Source: Eledone cirrhosa (taxonomy: Eukaryota). Taken from it: a DNA stretch of 64,000 bases. The stretch lies in assembly GCA_964016885.1 (NCBI GenBank), contig OZ024742.1, positions 224,750,001 to 224,814,000 on the forward strand. Direction: 5' to 3'. Position numbers and translations under genes: made by a program. Each line of letters starts with the position of its first letter. Within the stretch, counting starts at the first letter, position 1. Shown piece after piece: positions 11,744 through 27,429 of this stretch. The notes below the pieces were generated by a model, which worked only from the letters and a program-made list of their open reading frames with translations, did no database searches and was not told where the DNA came from.

Positions 11744-12174
11744 ACTCTCTCCCTCTCTCTCTCTCCCTCTCTCCCTCTCTGTATATTGACTCCAGGCGCA
11801 GTATGTTACCTCTCCGTCATCTTCCGCACACCACTGAAACACCCTCTCACGCTAGTCGCCTATATAGCACCATCACTATTGACCCCCCAACCCCTCCCAC
11901 CACCACCACCACCATCACTGCCGCCCCCATTACCATCACCGCCACCACCTTCACAAGCGCCACCATCTCCGACACCAGCGCCACCGTCTCTGCCGTCACC
12001 ACCATTAGTACCGCGCCATTACCAGCGGCACATTTTCTTCAGCTCTTTCGAATCTTTCATTTAATTTCATTTCTTTCTTGTATATATATATATATATATA
12101 TATAAATATATATGTGTGTGTGTGTGTGAATATATGTATATATATATATACACACATATATATATATGTGTGTG

Positions 12175-12212
<38 letters not shown>

Positions 12213-12709
12213 TATGTATGTATGTGTGTGTGTATATATACATATATAGACATACATACATGTGCATGCATACACATACATATATATATACACAATCAAG
12301 AAATGAAATTAAATGAAAGATTCGAAAGAGCTGCAACATCGTCAGTGGTGCTATCTTTTCCTCCTGTTGTATTGTATGTCTACTTCATTTTTTACGCAAC
12401 GAAAGATTTATGATAAACTATATATATCTGTTTGTGCCTATATTGTATCTGTATTATTTTTGACCGTCGGTCAGTCAATGGCAACATTGAGGACCGAGTA
12501 AGTTAGATCACCGATATAAAAGACACAGAAGCGAGAAGCGAAAACCAACCAAACAGTGAGTGTGTTCTGTTATTAATTCTGTATATATATCTATATCTAT
12601 ATATATACATATATGTATATATGTATATATATATATGTATGTATGTATATATATCTATATATATACATATATGTATATATGTATGTATATACATATATGT
12701 ATATATGTA

Positions 12710-12740
<31 letters not shown>

Positions 12741-12759
12741 ATATATCTATATCTGAGAG

Positions 12760-13131
12760 GAAAGGAGAAGGAAAACTCTGATATAACACCTGCAACCCTG
12801 ATGGTATCCAATGATGTTGACTTGTTCTTCTTTTTGGTAAATATCATCTTGGTTAAGAGAGTGGGACTGGCTTTGTGCAGTGCCTTTGCTCACTATAAAA
12901 GCTTCACGGCACAGGCATTGCTTTATATCTGGAGATCTCTCTGCACTTGTCGTCACATGGTACCATGGGCCCAGCACTATGTGTCAATAATTGTCACAAG
13001 TGTAGTGTTTGTACCAGAGTTTTCATGTCGCTGGCTGGACTAAAAAGTCACACTTGTTCAGCGCATCGGTAGGGGTTTTCCTATATGGATATAAAGTAGT
13101 GGCCGTACTCGAAAACGAGTTGGCAGCCACC
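12760..13131 (+). mobile_element. RTE-like LINE 5'-region fragment, non-coding
   Basis: Begins ggagaaggaaaactctga. It shares blocks with 21575-21815, 22140-22220 and 27430-27578(-). The RTE assignment comes from recalled UTR motifs. Confidence 0.55.
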
Positions 13132-14628
<1,497 letters not shown>

Positions 14629-14781
14629 ATAATAATAAATGTGAAGACTAAACATATATATATAAACTTATTTATTTATGCACGTATATACATACACATA
14701 TACGTATACGTATACACATATGTATATATACATTGATATGTATACACATACACACACACACACACGCGCGCGCACCCACAC

Positions 14782-14817
<36 letters not shown>

Positions 14818-15504
14818 ATATAAATAAAAATATATACACATAAATGTATATGTCCGTCTGCATGTGTACTTTTTACATTCTTATTCTTGCATCCAGATAT
14901 ACATACATTTTGATGGTGTATATCTACGTTTTTTGTATACATATTTGCATATATACACTCACACAACTCATTAATCATCAGATTAATATATAAACTAATT
15001 TAAACATATACACAAATGTAAGTATATTTATTTCTGTCGCCATATATTGTTTGTGGAATATGCTGCAGTTCTTTGTCATCCACATATACTTCTTATTATT
15101 TCAGTTATATAGTTATTTCACTTCCACAAAGTCAAGCATCTACGTGGGGTTTTTTAATTCGCTAGAAATAGCAGTCAAGTCTCTGTTACCTTCGTTCCTC
15201 CGGGAAACGCCTTCTCCATTCTGTCCGTCAGGGCTGTGGGGTGGCCAGCACGTGGGATCCCATTTGCTCACCATACAGAGAGATGAGGAGGGCGAGAAAG
15301 ATGGAGGCGATGACAGTGGGAGTTCGGCTCTTCCACGTTCGAACCATATCCTTGTGGTTGTGTTCATTATGAATAGAGTTCAACATTTACTTGTCAAAAA
15401 TTGGATGGTTGAGCAAGACTGAAGGCTTCCTCTTTAGCCAGTAGTAGCTATGGATTTTCTTTAGCCCATAGTCTGGATTATTGAACGGACCAGTATACTA
15501 GATA

Positions 15505-17508
15505 GAACAAGGGGGTGATGGGAGATCTCCATTCCACACGGTCGCAAGCCTTGTGACAGTCCTGCTCCCAGGCCAAATCTTTCTACGAGATTTTTCTCCA
15601 CAGATTTCAAGCAGGTTCTGTCAGTCTCTGCCTTGCTTTATTTTCCCCTTTCAGGCTTCCATTCGCGGGAGACCGACACTGATCAAATCCTGGACATGAG
15701 TAGCACGTAGCCAAGCATCTTCTTTATTAACAACCAACTTTGAATTTTAGGAAACTGAAATGATGCTGGCAACCAGAATACTTTTAATATTAGGTCCTGT
15801 AACTTAATGGTTCAACAAAAAGTGATCGATAAAATATGTATCAGATTTGAGAAAAAGCTAATTGAATCGACATGCTTGATTGAATACCTTGAAGGTTGTT
15901 TCCCGGCATGGCTGCAGTCTAATCACTGAGACAAGGAAAAGAGTAAAACATCATACGGATAGAATCAATATTTATAGAGAAAATACCCTTATACAATCAA
16001 TGATAGGAGTGATGGAGGAAATATCTTTAAATAAATACACACAGGAAACACGGAGTAATATCTTTGTATAATACACACAGCAAGGGCTACGGAAGGAATA
16101 TATAGAGGGGATAAAAGTTATGGAAGAAATGTATTTACATATAAAAAGGCATGAAATCATGGAGGACGTATGTTTATAAATAGAGAGAGGTAATAGTTGC
16201 AGAGGAAATATTTTTTTATATAAATAGACACAGGTCAATAAGGATATATATATATATATAATTTGTTTGTTAGTTAAAATAATTAAATTAAATTAATTCA
16301 ACAGTTAAACACACATAGGAATAATAAGGTTGTTACCAAAGAGCCAGAAGATTGACAAGTCGACCCTAAATATGACTAATAGCTCTAGGAAAGCCATGAA
16401 CGACACCACATCTTTTTAACTTCGATTTTGAAAGTAGGTTTATAATTATTAATTTTCATTACAATTTTGTAGCTGTCTTGGTGGCCTAGTTGAAGGTATC
16501 ATGGACGGTGGTGATCCTGGTCTAAAGTTCGATTTTGGTCGGGAGTAGGGTTCCCGGTAAGCATTCTCATTTTTTATTTCTATGGGATGTAAAATAAAAA
16601 CTGAAATAGATTACATGTACGTCTTGACCAGGATTGAACCCAAGGACAGGATGCCCACCGCCTCTAGTACCTACCGATAGACCACAGAGACAACTACGAA
16701 AATCTTATGAAAATTCATACTTATAAACCTACTTTCAAAATTTTCAAAACCATTTGCTCCTTATGGAACAAGGGTTGGTGAGAGATTCCATTCCACACGG
16801 TCGCAAGCCTTGTCACGGTCCTGATCCCAAATAAAATCTTTCTACGAGATTTTTCTCCACAGATTTCAAGCAGGTTCTGTCAGTCTCTGCCTTGCTTTAT
16901 TTGCCCCTTTCAGGCTTCCATTCGCGGGAGACCGATACTGATCAAATCCTGGACATGAGTAGCACGTAGCCAAGCATCTTCTTTATTAACAACCAACTTT
17001 GAATTTTAGGAAACTGAAATGATGCTGGCAACCAGAATACTTTTAATATTAGGTCCTGTAACTTAATGGTTCAACAAAAAGTGATCGATAAAATATGTAT
17101 CAGATTTGAGAAAAAGCTAATTGAATCGACATGCTTGATTGAATACCTTGAAGGTTGTTTCCCGGCATGGCTGCAGTCTAATCACCGAGACAAGGAAAAG
17201 AGTAAAACATCATACGGATAGAATCAATATTTATAGAGAAAATACCCTTATACAATCAATGATAGGAGTGATGGAGGAAATATCTTTAAATAAATACACA
17301 CAGGAAACATGGAGTAATATCTTTGTATAATACACACAGCAAGGGCTACGGAAGGAATATATAGAGGGGATAAAAGTTATGGAAGAAATGTATTTACATA
17401 TAAAAAGGCATGAAATCATGGAGGACGTATGTTTATAAATAGAGAGAGGTAATAGTTGCAGAGGAAATATTTTTTATATAAATAGACACAGGAGTCAATA
17501 AAGATATA
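15505..17508. repeat. ~740-bp direct duplication (15505-16247 / 16766-17508); the first ~200 bp is a degraded RTE-like C-terminus on the - strand
   Basis: The ORF track shows the same 63-aa peptide at 15880 and 17139. The minus strand reads WKPERGK...SVEKNL...W...CDRVEW. Confidence 0.85.
16425..16741. mobile_element. Inverted-repeat element whose ~120-bp arms each contain tRNA-like A and B boxes
   Basis: attttgaaagtaggtttataa / ttataaacctactttcaaaat. The arms carry tggcctagttg...gttcgattt and, on the reverse complement, tggtctatcgg...ggttcaatcc. Confidence 0.6.
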
Positions 17509-18366
17509 GTTACAAGCAGTGGCGGACTAGGTCTAAAAGTATTGGTTGCCAGATGAAGGGAGCCCACCTACATATAGAATGCTATCATTTAAATTTTATA
17601 ATGAATAATTAACATTTTCAAAAAATACCTAAGTGGAAACAAAACAATACAATCAAACTTTTGCGAGAAAATATCTTACTTTCTCCAATAAAAAATATGT
17701 ATTTTGCGAAATCCAGAGACTTCAATAATGACCTTTGGCCTTTCACACTCACTCAATACATAGAAATATCCATGCTCCCCACCAGACAACTGATGAAGGA
17801 ATATTTCCTCCCGTTCGTGCTTTCCTCTTATATATATATATTTATTTATTAAAATAACAGATTAAAGTTTAAGCAAAGAATCGCTGCTTTCACCTTTAAC
17901 GAGATCTTCTGAAACCAACAAAGTCAATCTGTGATCGCAGATTATGTATTCATATATATAAATTATTATACATATATACAGATTATGTATACATATATAT
18001 AAATCTATATATTCACATGCACATGCACACAAATACACGCAGTCCCACATATATATATATAACAGTTCTGGTATCTCAAATTAGTACCATAGAACAACCA
18101 CTATTATAGACACCATATATATTTCCGTGGGTACCTAGTACCTACTGGGATATCTATATCATTTATCTAATTCTCCTTAATGTAGAGAAAAAAATGCTGT
18201 ATCATGCTGCTATTTCTAGCAGCATGAAATATCAGCGAGTCTATAATTCCCGCTTTTTCTAACGGTCCAATAAGTGTGTGGGTCATTTTAACGGCTTGAT
18301 TCATTCACTGGGCAGAGGGTGATATATCTTCATCTATACGGACTTATGTCTAGTAGATTTGGAAAA

Positions 18367-18446
18367 GCTATCTGAAGAGCTATATCTTTCCGTTGGAAAT
18401 TCTCTGAATTTCCAATCTTTTGATAAGCGAAACTGTCGGTCATGGC
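18367..18446 (+). ncRNA. Type I hammerhead ribozyme with extended stem II
   Basis: gctat-CTGAAGA-gct atatc...ttggaaattc tct gaatttccaa...gata agc-GAAA-ct gtc gg-TC-atggc. Confidence 0.72.
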
Positions 18447-18516
18447 ACTAGAAGAGGTAAATATTTAAATCGTATTTTAATTTATTTGAAAGATTGTTTA
18501 ATGTTTACTTGTTCCG

Positions 18517-18589
<73 letters not shown>

Positions 18590-18629
18590 GAGTGCGTGTA
18601 TTTGTGAGCATGTACATGTGAATATATAG

Positions 18630-18666
<37 letters not shown>

Positions 18667-18686
18667 TAAATAAAAATCTATATATA

Positions 18687-18811
<125 letters not shown>

Positions 18812-19021
18812 CTATATAAATCTATATATATATAAATATATATATTCACATGTACATGCACACAAATACACGCAGTCCCATATATATAAATAAATAAATA
18901 TATATATATATATATGGGAGTGCGTGTATTTGTGTGCATGTACATGTGAATATATAGATTTATATTATATATGTATACACATGTTTTCAACTTGTACAAA
19001 AATCCCTAGGGATCTAATTGA

Positions 19022-19063
<42 letters not shown>

Positions 19064-19195
19064 TCAATTAGATCTCTATATATATATATACTGTATATAT
19101 ATATATATATATATATACAGTATATATATATATAGGGATCTATATATATATATAGGGATCTAATACTTATTGGCAACATGACCCTCCCAAAGTAT

Positions 19196-19233
<38 letters not shown>

Positions 19234-19385
19234 ATACTTTGGGAGGGTCATATTGCCAATAAGAAACACACGCACCAGTAACTTTCACTCCAATTTATTA
19301 TAAATTAAATTTATAAATTTAAGAATTTATAAATTTATAAATTTCCGGTTGGTTGGTTCCACAACCGGACGGCCATTCATATATT

Positions 19386-19426
19386 GTCAAAGTTCTTTCG
19401 TCACACATTCTGTGATCTTCAGTGAC
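19386..19426 (-). ncRNA. Minimal hammerhead in the PLE 3' pLTR, slightly degenerate
   Basis: gtca-CTGAAGA-tcaca gaatg tgtga c-GAAA-g aa c-TT-tgac. Confidence 0.65.
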
Positions 19427-19618
19427 TGGGGATTCTTTTCTTTGTTTTGTGCCTCTCCTTTGTTCTGTCCTACGCCATCTTGTTTTTGTGTGTGTTGTGT
19501 GCTTAGTTTGCGTATGTGTTACATCCGGGTGTTTGTGTGTGTTTTTATTTGTTTATTTATTTATTTATTTAAATGTTACTGGTTGGTTGTTTGTTCTATG
19601 TGTGTTTTCATTTTGTCC

Positions 19619-20760
19619 TTAATTGTAAGTTGTGATGTTGCTATTCCATTCATGTTTTCTATTTAATTTTGGTTGGAGTTCATTTATGTTTATTGCCTCT
19701 GTGATTTGTCTAAACATTGCGTCTTTTCTATGTGTAGATTTTATTTTTATTTCTATGTTCTCTAATTTGCCCTTATGTTCTATTTTAGCATGTTGGTGGA
19801 GTATTGATGATTCTTTTTTATCTTGAAGGTCTCGCCAGTGTTCATTTAACCGTTCTCCTATACTACGAGCTGTCTCACCTATGTACACTATATTCTTATC
19901 TTTACATTGTCCTTCAGTACATCTTATGCTATATACTACATTTCTAGTTTTACAGTTAATATGGGGCTTAGTTTACAGATTATGCATTTATTATCTATAC
20001 AGAGAGGTCTTTGAAAGGGGTGTGTACTACTAATAAGTGTTTTTATGGAGGTACCTGGTCTTTCTACTATCTTAATATTAAGTTTAAGTTTATCTAGGGC
20101 CCTTCTAAATTTGTAAGCTAATTCACCTCTAGGGGTTGTATTGATGAACATTACACTCTGGTATTTATTGCTATCATACCATGAGTTTATTCTATTAACC
20201 TTATTCCTAGTTCTTTCTATTCTATTCCAAAATGTGTTCCTATACAAGGGGCAGGTCCCTTTTGTATCATTATTTCCCATTTTTTCCCATTTGGTTTTGG
20301 CTCCTCTATATACTCTGATTTTATCTCTCTGATAACTGCATACGGTGGATGAAGTGTTGTATGTGTCTCTCTAGTTCTTTGGGGTTGCACATGCGGGACA
20401 CGTTTCTCATCACCCGTACCAAATCCGCAATCAGTATGTTGATTTTGGTGTGATCCGAAACAGCTGAGTTTCGGTGGATCCGATATTTGGAAGTCATGGG
20501 TTTGGAATAATGGGAATGGAGGATTTGTTTTTTTGTTATTAATGGTTTCTAACCAGAGCTCAGTGTCTAGTACAGGTAATCGATGGTTGTGGTGTTTGCT
20601 TGGGTAGTCTATAGTAACTCTAATACTCTGGTGGATGGAGTTAGCTATTTGCTGGATGCTTTCCATGGTGTTTTTCTCTAATTCCTGACTATTCTCTAGT
20701 GGGGGTGTTTTTACTACGATGTTTATATCATCAACGTAGCGGGAGTACATTATCAGGGTT
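19619..20760 (-). pseudogene. PLE RT-thumb-GIY-YIG polyprotein remnant in several frames
   Basis: ORFs 20217-20750, 19936-20280 and 19619-19888 are collinear pieces. Confidence 0.9.
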
Positions 20761-21235
20761 AAGAGGTTGCTGTCTTCTAATTGGAACCCTTTTTTGGTTC
20801 AGAAACTTTTGGGGGAGCGCCAAAGTCTAATACTGTTATAAGGCCGTAATATAAATATACTCCTCTACTTTTTTCACGGAACCCTAGACACTCCTGTAGG
20901 AACCACTGATATAGAGACAAATGTTATGGTGGAAATGTGGTTATAATAAGAGAAGCAAGAGTTTATGGAGGAAATGTAGACTTTATTTTAAAAGATGGAG
21001 TTGGTGGCTAGTGGCCACACAGCGTAGTGGTTAACTTCGAATCCGAGTGTCGTCGAGTTCGATTCCTCGCAGACACCTCTGTCCGCTTTTTACTTTCATA
21101 CATTTCAAATGTTATCTTTATATAGAGAGAGGCAAGAATCCCGTAGAACATATTTTTTTTTTATATAAATGGAGTCAAGGTATGCCATAACTTTATTTTG
21201 TGAGCACTGGTTGTGTATATGTGTCTGTATATATA

Positions 21236-22220
<985 letters not shown>

Positions 22221-22280
22221 TATATATATATATATATATATATATAGTTAAAAGAATAGAGGTGTAACACACAAGTTATT

Positions 22281-22655
22281 ATATATTGGTAAACGGAATA
22301 GAAAATGCTGACAAATTATTCACAGTTGAAAAATGGTTTAATTAGGAATAAAAGAGTATTAGTGATTGTATGGGTTAGTATTCAGTTGTGGTTTTAAGTT
22401 TGTACCGGTTGCGCATTTCTAAATGCTTTTCAAAAATAATTTTGAGATAGAGTGTCCGTCAGATCAGAGCAAACAGCACGGACACTCTATCTCAAAATTA
22501 TTTTTGAAAAGCATTTAGAAATGCGCAACCGGTAAAAACTTAAAAACTTAAAACCACAACTGAATACTAACCCATACAATCACTAATACTCTTTTATTCC
22601 TAATTAAACCATTTTTCAACTGTGAATAATTTGTCAGCATTTTCTATTCCGTTTA

Positions 22656-22664
<9 letters not shown>
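22281..22664. mobile_element. Fold-back element with ~180-bp arms and an 18-nt loop (22460-22477); variant HHR-like motif in each arm
   Basis: Near-perfect inverted arms ending in TA repeats. At 22501-22537: ttt-TTGAAAA-gcattt ag aaatgc-GCAA-ccgg-TA-aaa. Confidence 0.8.
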
Positions 22665-22753
<89 letters not shown>

Positions 22754-23173
22754 TACACACATCTATCTGTCTATTTATTTAATGTTGCATTAAGTGGACA
22801 GTGAAAATATGTGGCGAATAAAAGACGTTGTTTTTTTTTATGACAAAAATATGGGTGGATGTTTTGAGAAACAAAGCCACACGAGATAAAGTTTTTTCTT
22901 AAGGAAATAAAAAAATACGGTGAGAGAAACGAAAAATTATACTTAACAGACGATAGGAAAGCAAAATGAAAACAATAATAACAAAAATACAAAATAGGGT
23001 CAAAAGACAACTATATTTTCATTGATTAAAAACGGAGACATGGAAAATGTTAACTAATGGCTCTCAGGGAGGCTGTGAACTTCAAACTCTGAAAGATTAT
23101 TTTACAATTCTATCTGTCTGTCTTTCTCTCTCCCCCTCTTTCCCTCTCTCTCTCTCACTCTATCTCTCTTTCA

Positions 23174-23255
<82 letters not shown>

Positions 23256-23562
23256 ATTCTTCTTATTTTATAATTTGTTGTATAGCTCTGATATCGAGTC
23301 AATTTAATTATTTCGATTATTTTGTCTCTCGTAGTTATAGAGCATAACTGGTTAAGGTCGACACCACACACACTCACATGCTTGTGAAAATATATATATA
23401 TATATATACGTGTGTACGTATGTATACACATCTATATGTGTGTCTCTCATTATGATATTGTCTCAAACTCCCTTACGGTTGAGTTAACCCGAAAGTATAG
23501 TAACTGCTTCTTAAGCACACTATAATCGCTTTCAGTCCGCCTTACTACCTGCCTGTAACCCC

Positions 23563-23778
23563 TGTATCACGTGGTAATTTCTCCCTCCGCCTTCTGAGAT
23601 TTTCTCACTTGCTACAAAGGGATTCAGTTCCCTTTCTTGACCGGTGTATCACGTGGTAATTTCTCCCTCCGCCTTCTGAGATTTTCTCACTTGCTACAAG
23701 AGATTCAGTTCCCTTTCTTGACCGGTGTACCACGTGGTAATTTCTCCCTCCGCCTTCTGAGATTTTCTCACTTGCTAC
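23563..23778. repeat. Tandem repeat with an 81-82 bp unit, ~2.7 copies
   Basis: tgta(t/c)cacgtggtaatttctccctccgccttctgagattttctcacttgctac starts at 23563, 23645 and 23726. Confidence 0.9.
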
Positions 23779-23958
23779 GAACGTGTCTGGAAAGTGTTCT
23801 TTCCCTGAGGAGTTCCTTGAAAAGCTGGTGTGCCTCACAACAATATTGCACATCTATAATGTGCAATTGTTGCAAACTGACCAGCGAAACTGTACAGTCG
23901 GGACTTTGAAGAAAAAATAGGTATATATCTGTCTATTACTTCTTATTTTATAATTTGT

Positions 23959-24048
<90 letters not shown>

Positions 24049-24175
24049 TACATACGTATATATATATATATGTATATATATACGTATATATGTGTGTATA
24101 TATATTATATATATACATAATATACATACAGATATGCACACACACACACACACACATGCATACATACATACATAT

Positions 24176-25024
24176 TTAGCACGAAATACCTGATTCTCAA
24201 AAGAGATAGGGATGCAGGCAAAACACCTAGATGTGATAACAAGTGCAGACTCTGCAGAACTAACATCGAGGATATCAACCATGTCATCAGCAGCTGTCCA
24301 AAGATGTCATCGAGGTACTATCTACCTATGAGGCATGATATAGTGGCCAAAACACTGTACAATGCAGTTCGTAAAAAAGATAGCCCCGATAATAAACACA
24401 TTAAAAGCTACAACAATGTGGAAGACATCCATGTACATAATATGAAAGAGTACTGGTGGAATGCAGGCACACAGACCAGATATGATATGGGACAGGGAGG
24501 AGAAAGCATGCACAGTAGTGGAAATTAGTTGCCCAGCAGATGCCAATATAATATCAAAGATTAGTGAAAAGGAGAATATTTATGCAGAACTGATGAGAAA
24601 TCTGCAGATATTCCACCCTGATTATACCTTCAGATTTATGCCTGTGATTATTGGGGTATGTTATTAACTGCCTCAATACAATTCTTGAGAAACTAGGCTT
24701 CACAGGAACAGAAAGAACACAACTAGTTAGGAAACTACAAGTACAATCCATTAATGGAACAGTAAAAATATGTAAAACATTCCATATATTTTGCATCTAA
24801 TAACTGCATATACACATGTACAGATACAAAGCATATACACATGCACACATACAACTCAAAACATCCACATCCACACATACAATAACATCCATATCTACAC
24901 ATGCATACATACATATCTACCTAGTTGATGTTGTGTAAATTCCAATGAGAGAGTCTTGTGTCTATGTTAGAAACTGACTCTCTCTCTATTGGTAAAACTT
25001 TGTGAAATTATAAAACCAGAAGGA
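24176..25024 (+). mobile_element. R4/Dong-like RLE non-LTR retrotransposon, 3' fragment plus 3' UTR
   Basis: CRLC...H..SSC...RHD zinc knuckle and RPDMIWD...VVEISCP...K restriction-like endonuclease. Flanked by (CATA)n. Confidence 0.85.
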
Positions 25025-25115
25025 CATACATACATACATACATACATACATACATACATACATACATACATACATACATACATACATACATACATACATA
25101 CATACATACATACAT

Positions 25116-27171
25116 GCTAAAAATTACCGCCCAATAGCCTGCCAAAACATCATGTATAAATTATATACTGGGTGCCTTAACCTGTTCTTACAGGATCACT
25201 GTGCTACCAACAACATCATAACACCTGAGCAAGCTGGTGGACAGAGGGGGGTGTGGGGTTGCATAGATCACCTACTAACTAACAAAATGATTCAGGAAAA
25301 AACAACAAAGAATCGCAGAAACATGACTGTCGTGTGGCTGGACTATCAAAAAGCATTTGATAGTGTACCTCATGGGTGGATTATTAAGGCTTTACAGTTA
25401 GCTAAAGTCCCACAACCATTGGTAGCTGCTGTTGAACGCCTGACCAAGAACTGGTACACCAATTTGATCCTTAGAGATGAGAAGGAGCAAGTTAAGACTG
25501 ATAAGATACATTACCAGAAGGGCATATTTCAGGGTGATAGCTTGTCAGTGCTACTCTTCGTTCTCTCACTGAATCCACTATCTCACCTACTCAGGAAACA
25601 AGGTGGACAAAGAAGTGGGCCCAGAAGTATCTCCCATCTTTTCTTTGTTGATGACCTGAAGTTGTATGGGCCAAATATCAATGACATCAAGAAACAATTG
25701 GACCTCATTACACAATTTTCAACCGACATCAAAATGAAATTTGGTGAGTCCAAGTGTGCATATTTGGCAATAAAACGTGGAAGAGTTGTGCCCTCCTCTA
25801 GAAATCTAGAGATGAACGGCCTGACAATACAACCTCTGCAGTCAGGTGACAACTACAGATATCTTGGACAGGATGAGAATGTCAGATATGATGGACCCAT
25901 AATTAAGGAGAGAATCAGAACTGAATACCTCAGAAGAGTAAAGAAAATATGGTCATCAGAACTGTCAGCATACAACAAATACATTGCCCACAATACTTAT
26001 GCTGTGCCAATTCTAACGCCAACATTTGGCCTGCTGAACTGGTCATTGCAAGAACTAAGTGAGATGGATGTTAGAACTCGCAAACTTCTCAGTGTTACTG
26101 GGAACTTTAACATCAGTGGTGATGTGGATAGGCTATACTTCTCACGCAAGGAAGGTGGCCGGGGTCTAAAATCAATAACAACATATGAGACCCGGATAGT
26201 AACACTGAAGCAACACCTTCAACAGAGGAAAAAGGTTGGCAACCATCTTGCCCAGGTTTATGAGCATGAAAAAAAAAATCATTAGAATAGCGACTGATCT
26301 GGAGGAGAGATATGGAATAAAGCCTGATATAAATCTCTCACCCAGAGAAATCGGAAGATCCTATTCAATGTTCAAACAAGATAAAAAAATTGACCAATTT
26401 ACAGAAAAAGTTGTGCATGGATACTTGAGGCGTAAAACACAGACCATAGAGGGGATAAACCACTCAAAAAGCCTGGCATGGAGTTCCGACAAGTTTATGA
26501 CATCACACCTTGAGGGATATCTCTATGCAATACAGGAACAAGGACTCCCTACCAAATATCTGCTGCACAAAAGAGGAGGGCCAGCAGCTGACAATAAATG
26601 TAGGCTATGTAAAACAAAGATCGAGGATGTAAGCCACACTGTTGCCAGCTGCGAAAGAATGTCATCTCGCTACTACCTCCCCATGAGACACGATGGGATA
26701 GCTAGAACCATCTGGAACACACTTCGGAAAACAAAATTAACAACAAACGAGGAAGAATATATTGAGACAGATGGCACTAAAGAATACTGGTGGAACCTAA
26801 AAATAAAAACTGCCACCAAATTAAAGCACAACGGGCCTGATATTGTTGTTTGGGACCACATATTGAAAACGTGTTCTGTTGTGGAGATCAGCTGCCCACT
26901 TGATGTAAACGTTGTCAGAAAAATACAGGAGAAGGAGGACATCTACGGACCATTGATGAGGAGTTTACAAATCCAGTATCCAAGATACATCTTTAGCTTC
27001 ATACCCATCATTATTGGAGCTACGGGTTATATACCAACCCGCTTGGATCAAAGTATGACTGAACTTGGATTTGCGGACAAAAAGCGCAGCTCCCTAATTC
27101 ATAGTCTACAAATGGCTGCGATAGCTGGCACCTTCAAAATTTGCAAAACATTCTTGCGATTCAAGGGATGA
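25116..27171 (+). pseudogene. RT-ZnF-RLE ORF with one frameshift at the A-run at ~26268-26279
   Basis: ORFs 25152-26285 and 26236-27171 join across a poly-A tract. Confidence 0.88.
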
Positions 27172-27250
27172 CAATTTCTTTTCTTTTACAACCTTGCCAC
27201 CAGGAAGGTGGCCGGTCAAAAAAAATATACTCGAAATTAAGAGAAAGAGA
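25116..27250 (+). mobile_element. R4/Dong-like RLE non-LTR retrotransposon, 5'-truncated in RT
   Basis: YRPIAC, WLDYQKAFDSVPH, GIFQGDSLS, HLFFVDDLKL, RLYFSRKEGGRGL, CCHC and PD..E..K RLE. (CATA)n on both sides. Confidence 0.92.
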
Positions 27251-27292
27251 TATACATACATACATACATACATACATACATACATACATACA

Positions 27293-27326
<34 letters not shown>

Positions 27327-27429
27327 CATACATACATACATGATGGCTGCAACTCGATTTCGAGTAATGTCATCGCTTGATACTTAAGCATGAGCATCAC
27401 GGATTACCATACATCGCAAAAAGATGTTA

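Larger units (their letters stand above)
19264..20790 (-). mobile_element. Penelope-like element (PLE), 5'-truncated and frameshifted
   Basis: RT motif YSRYVDDI and LPVLD, Cys cluster CIDNKCIIC, GIY-YIG VVYSIRC...VYIGETARSIGERLNEH...EAINI...PKLN, and a downstream HHR. Confidence 0.92.

Noticed and set aside
21000-21080. tRNA-like segment (agcgtagtggtt...gagttcgattcc)
   Set aside because: No convincing cloverleaf. It is probably a SINE head or pseudo-tRNA and is not called as a tRNA gene.
23563-23778. Possible CRISPR-like array
   Set aside because: The units repeat in full with no unique spacers, the context is eukaryotic, and there are no cas genes.
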